DNA of 64,000 bases from Eutreptiella sp. 'Long Island Sound 2002' (lineage: Eukaryota > Protista > Euglenida): contig OZ038379.1 in NCBI GenBank assembly GCA_964036045.1, forward strand, positions 68,448,001 through 68,512,000. Direction: 5' to 3'. This document shows positions 63,456 through 64,000 of the stretch, in pieces. Under the pieces are notes generated by a model. The model worked only from the letters and a program-made list of their open reading frames with translations. It did no database searches and was not told the origin of the DNA. Made by a program: the position numbers and the translations under genes. Position 1 is the stretch's first letter. Each line of letters begins with the position of its first letter.

Positions 63456-64000
63456 ATCCCTTGCGTGCGCCAGACCAGCAGTGTCCCAGCCGTAGTCCCC
63501 AGGGTGCTCCCCAGTCAAACACTCTGCAACGGCACCAGCAGAGGATGGGCCCTCACCGATCACGACGGCCTGCACGTAGTAGCCAAACACGGAGGACACG
63601 GCCAATTGGCTGTTCTTGATCTCCTTCACCTTCAACTCAGCCAGGGTCTCAAGGTCGTTGCCCGGACCCAGGGGGTCGAAGGCGCCTCCAATGTACAGCA
63701 GCTCGTCGCCTCACCAAATGGACCACCTTTCAAATGGTACGACTCCACGGTGCCCATCAACACAACTTGGCACCCCCGAATGGCCGGAATCTATCGGGCG
63801 TGGGCCAGGCCGGAGTTGTCCATGTAGTCCAGGCCACCCTCGGAGAAGATTTGGACTCCAGTCTTGAACCACAGAGTCTCAGCGATGGGGAACCCCGCCT
63901 TGCCAAGCAGTTCGGGCGTCAAGCACCCCAAGGCGTCCAGCATGGGCCAGTGGGCGTACATCAGCTCGGCGCCACGGTACCGCTCGAAGGTGACAGGGTC
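63456..64000 (-). pseudogene. Lhcbm: Chlorophyll a/b-binding LHCII (Lhcbm-like) polyprotein pseudogene, running off the window
   Basis: [87 protein letters not shown], then [16 protein letters not shown] of a second unit. Stop at 63791-93; frameshift at ~63705. Confidence 0.92.

Noticed and set aside
1-64000. rRNA, tRNA or spliced-leader RNA genes
   Set aside because: No cloverleaf, rRNA or recognisable SL exon sequence was seen by eye; tRNAscan and Infernal were not run.

Overview
Eukaryotic, repeat-dominated genomic DNA with no intact host gene. It is most likely from a photosynthetic euglenid: the window ends in a chlorophyll a/b LHCII polyprotein-type pseudogene, carries interstitial CCCTAA repeats, and has GT-AG introns. 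The window is a nest of decayed mobile elements. (1) A complete 5.43-kb TIR element (7776-13207; 45-bp TIRs with CCC..GGG ends; 2-bp AA duplication) encodes a RAG1-core/Transib/CMC-like DDE transposase. Its predicted introns are filled with arrays of the same GTTCTAG/CTAGAAC motif that builds its TIRs. Two diverged relatives lie at 1195-1760 and 3361-5330. (2) A complete 6.37-kb TIR element (17069-23440; 26-bp TIRs; 5-bp TTTGG duplication) carries a different DDE-type transposase, a ParB-like fragment, other multi-exon ORFs and nine copies of a 20-bp palindrome. (3) Further transposase-like remnants. (4) A 6.5-kb near-perfect palindrome (27536-34085) with one internal segment flipped between arms. 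(5) A 25-bp satellite with a 319-bp higher-order repeat; its monomer matches a motif in a 1.25-kb tandem repeat elsewhere in the window. (6) A LINE with RT and RNase H whose RT core is internally inverted. (7) Mini- and microsatellites. All protein family calls are motif recognition by eye and need profile searches. Identity figures come from manual comparison.
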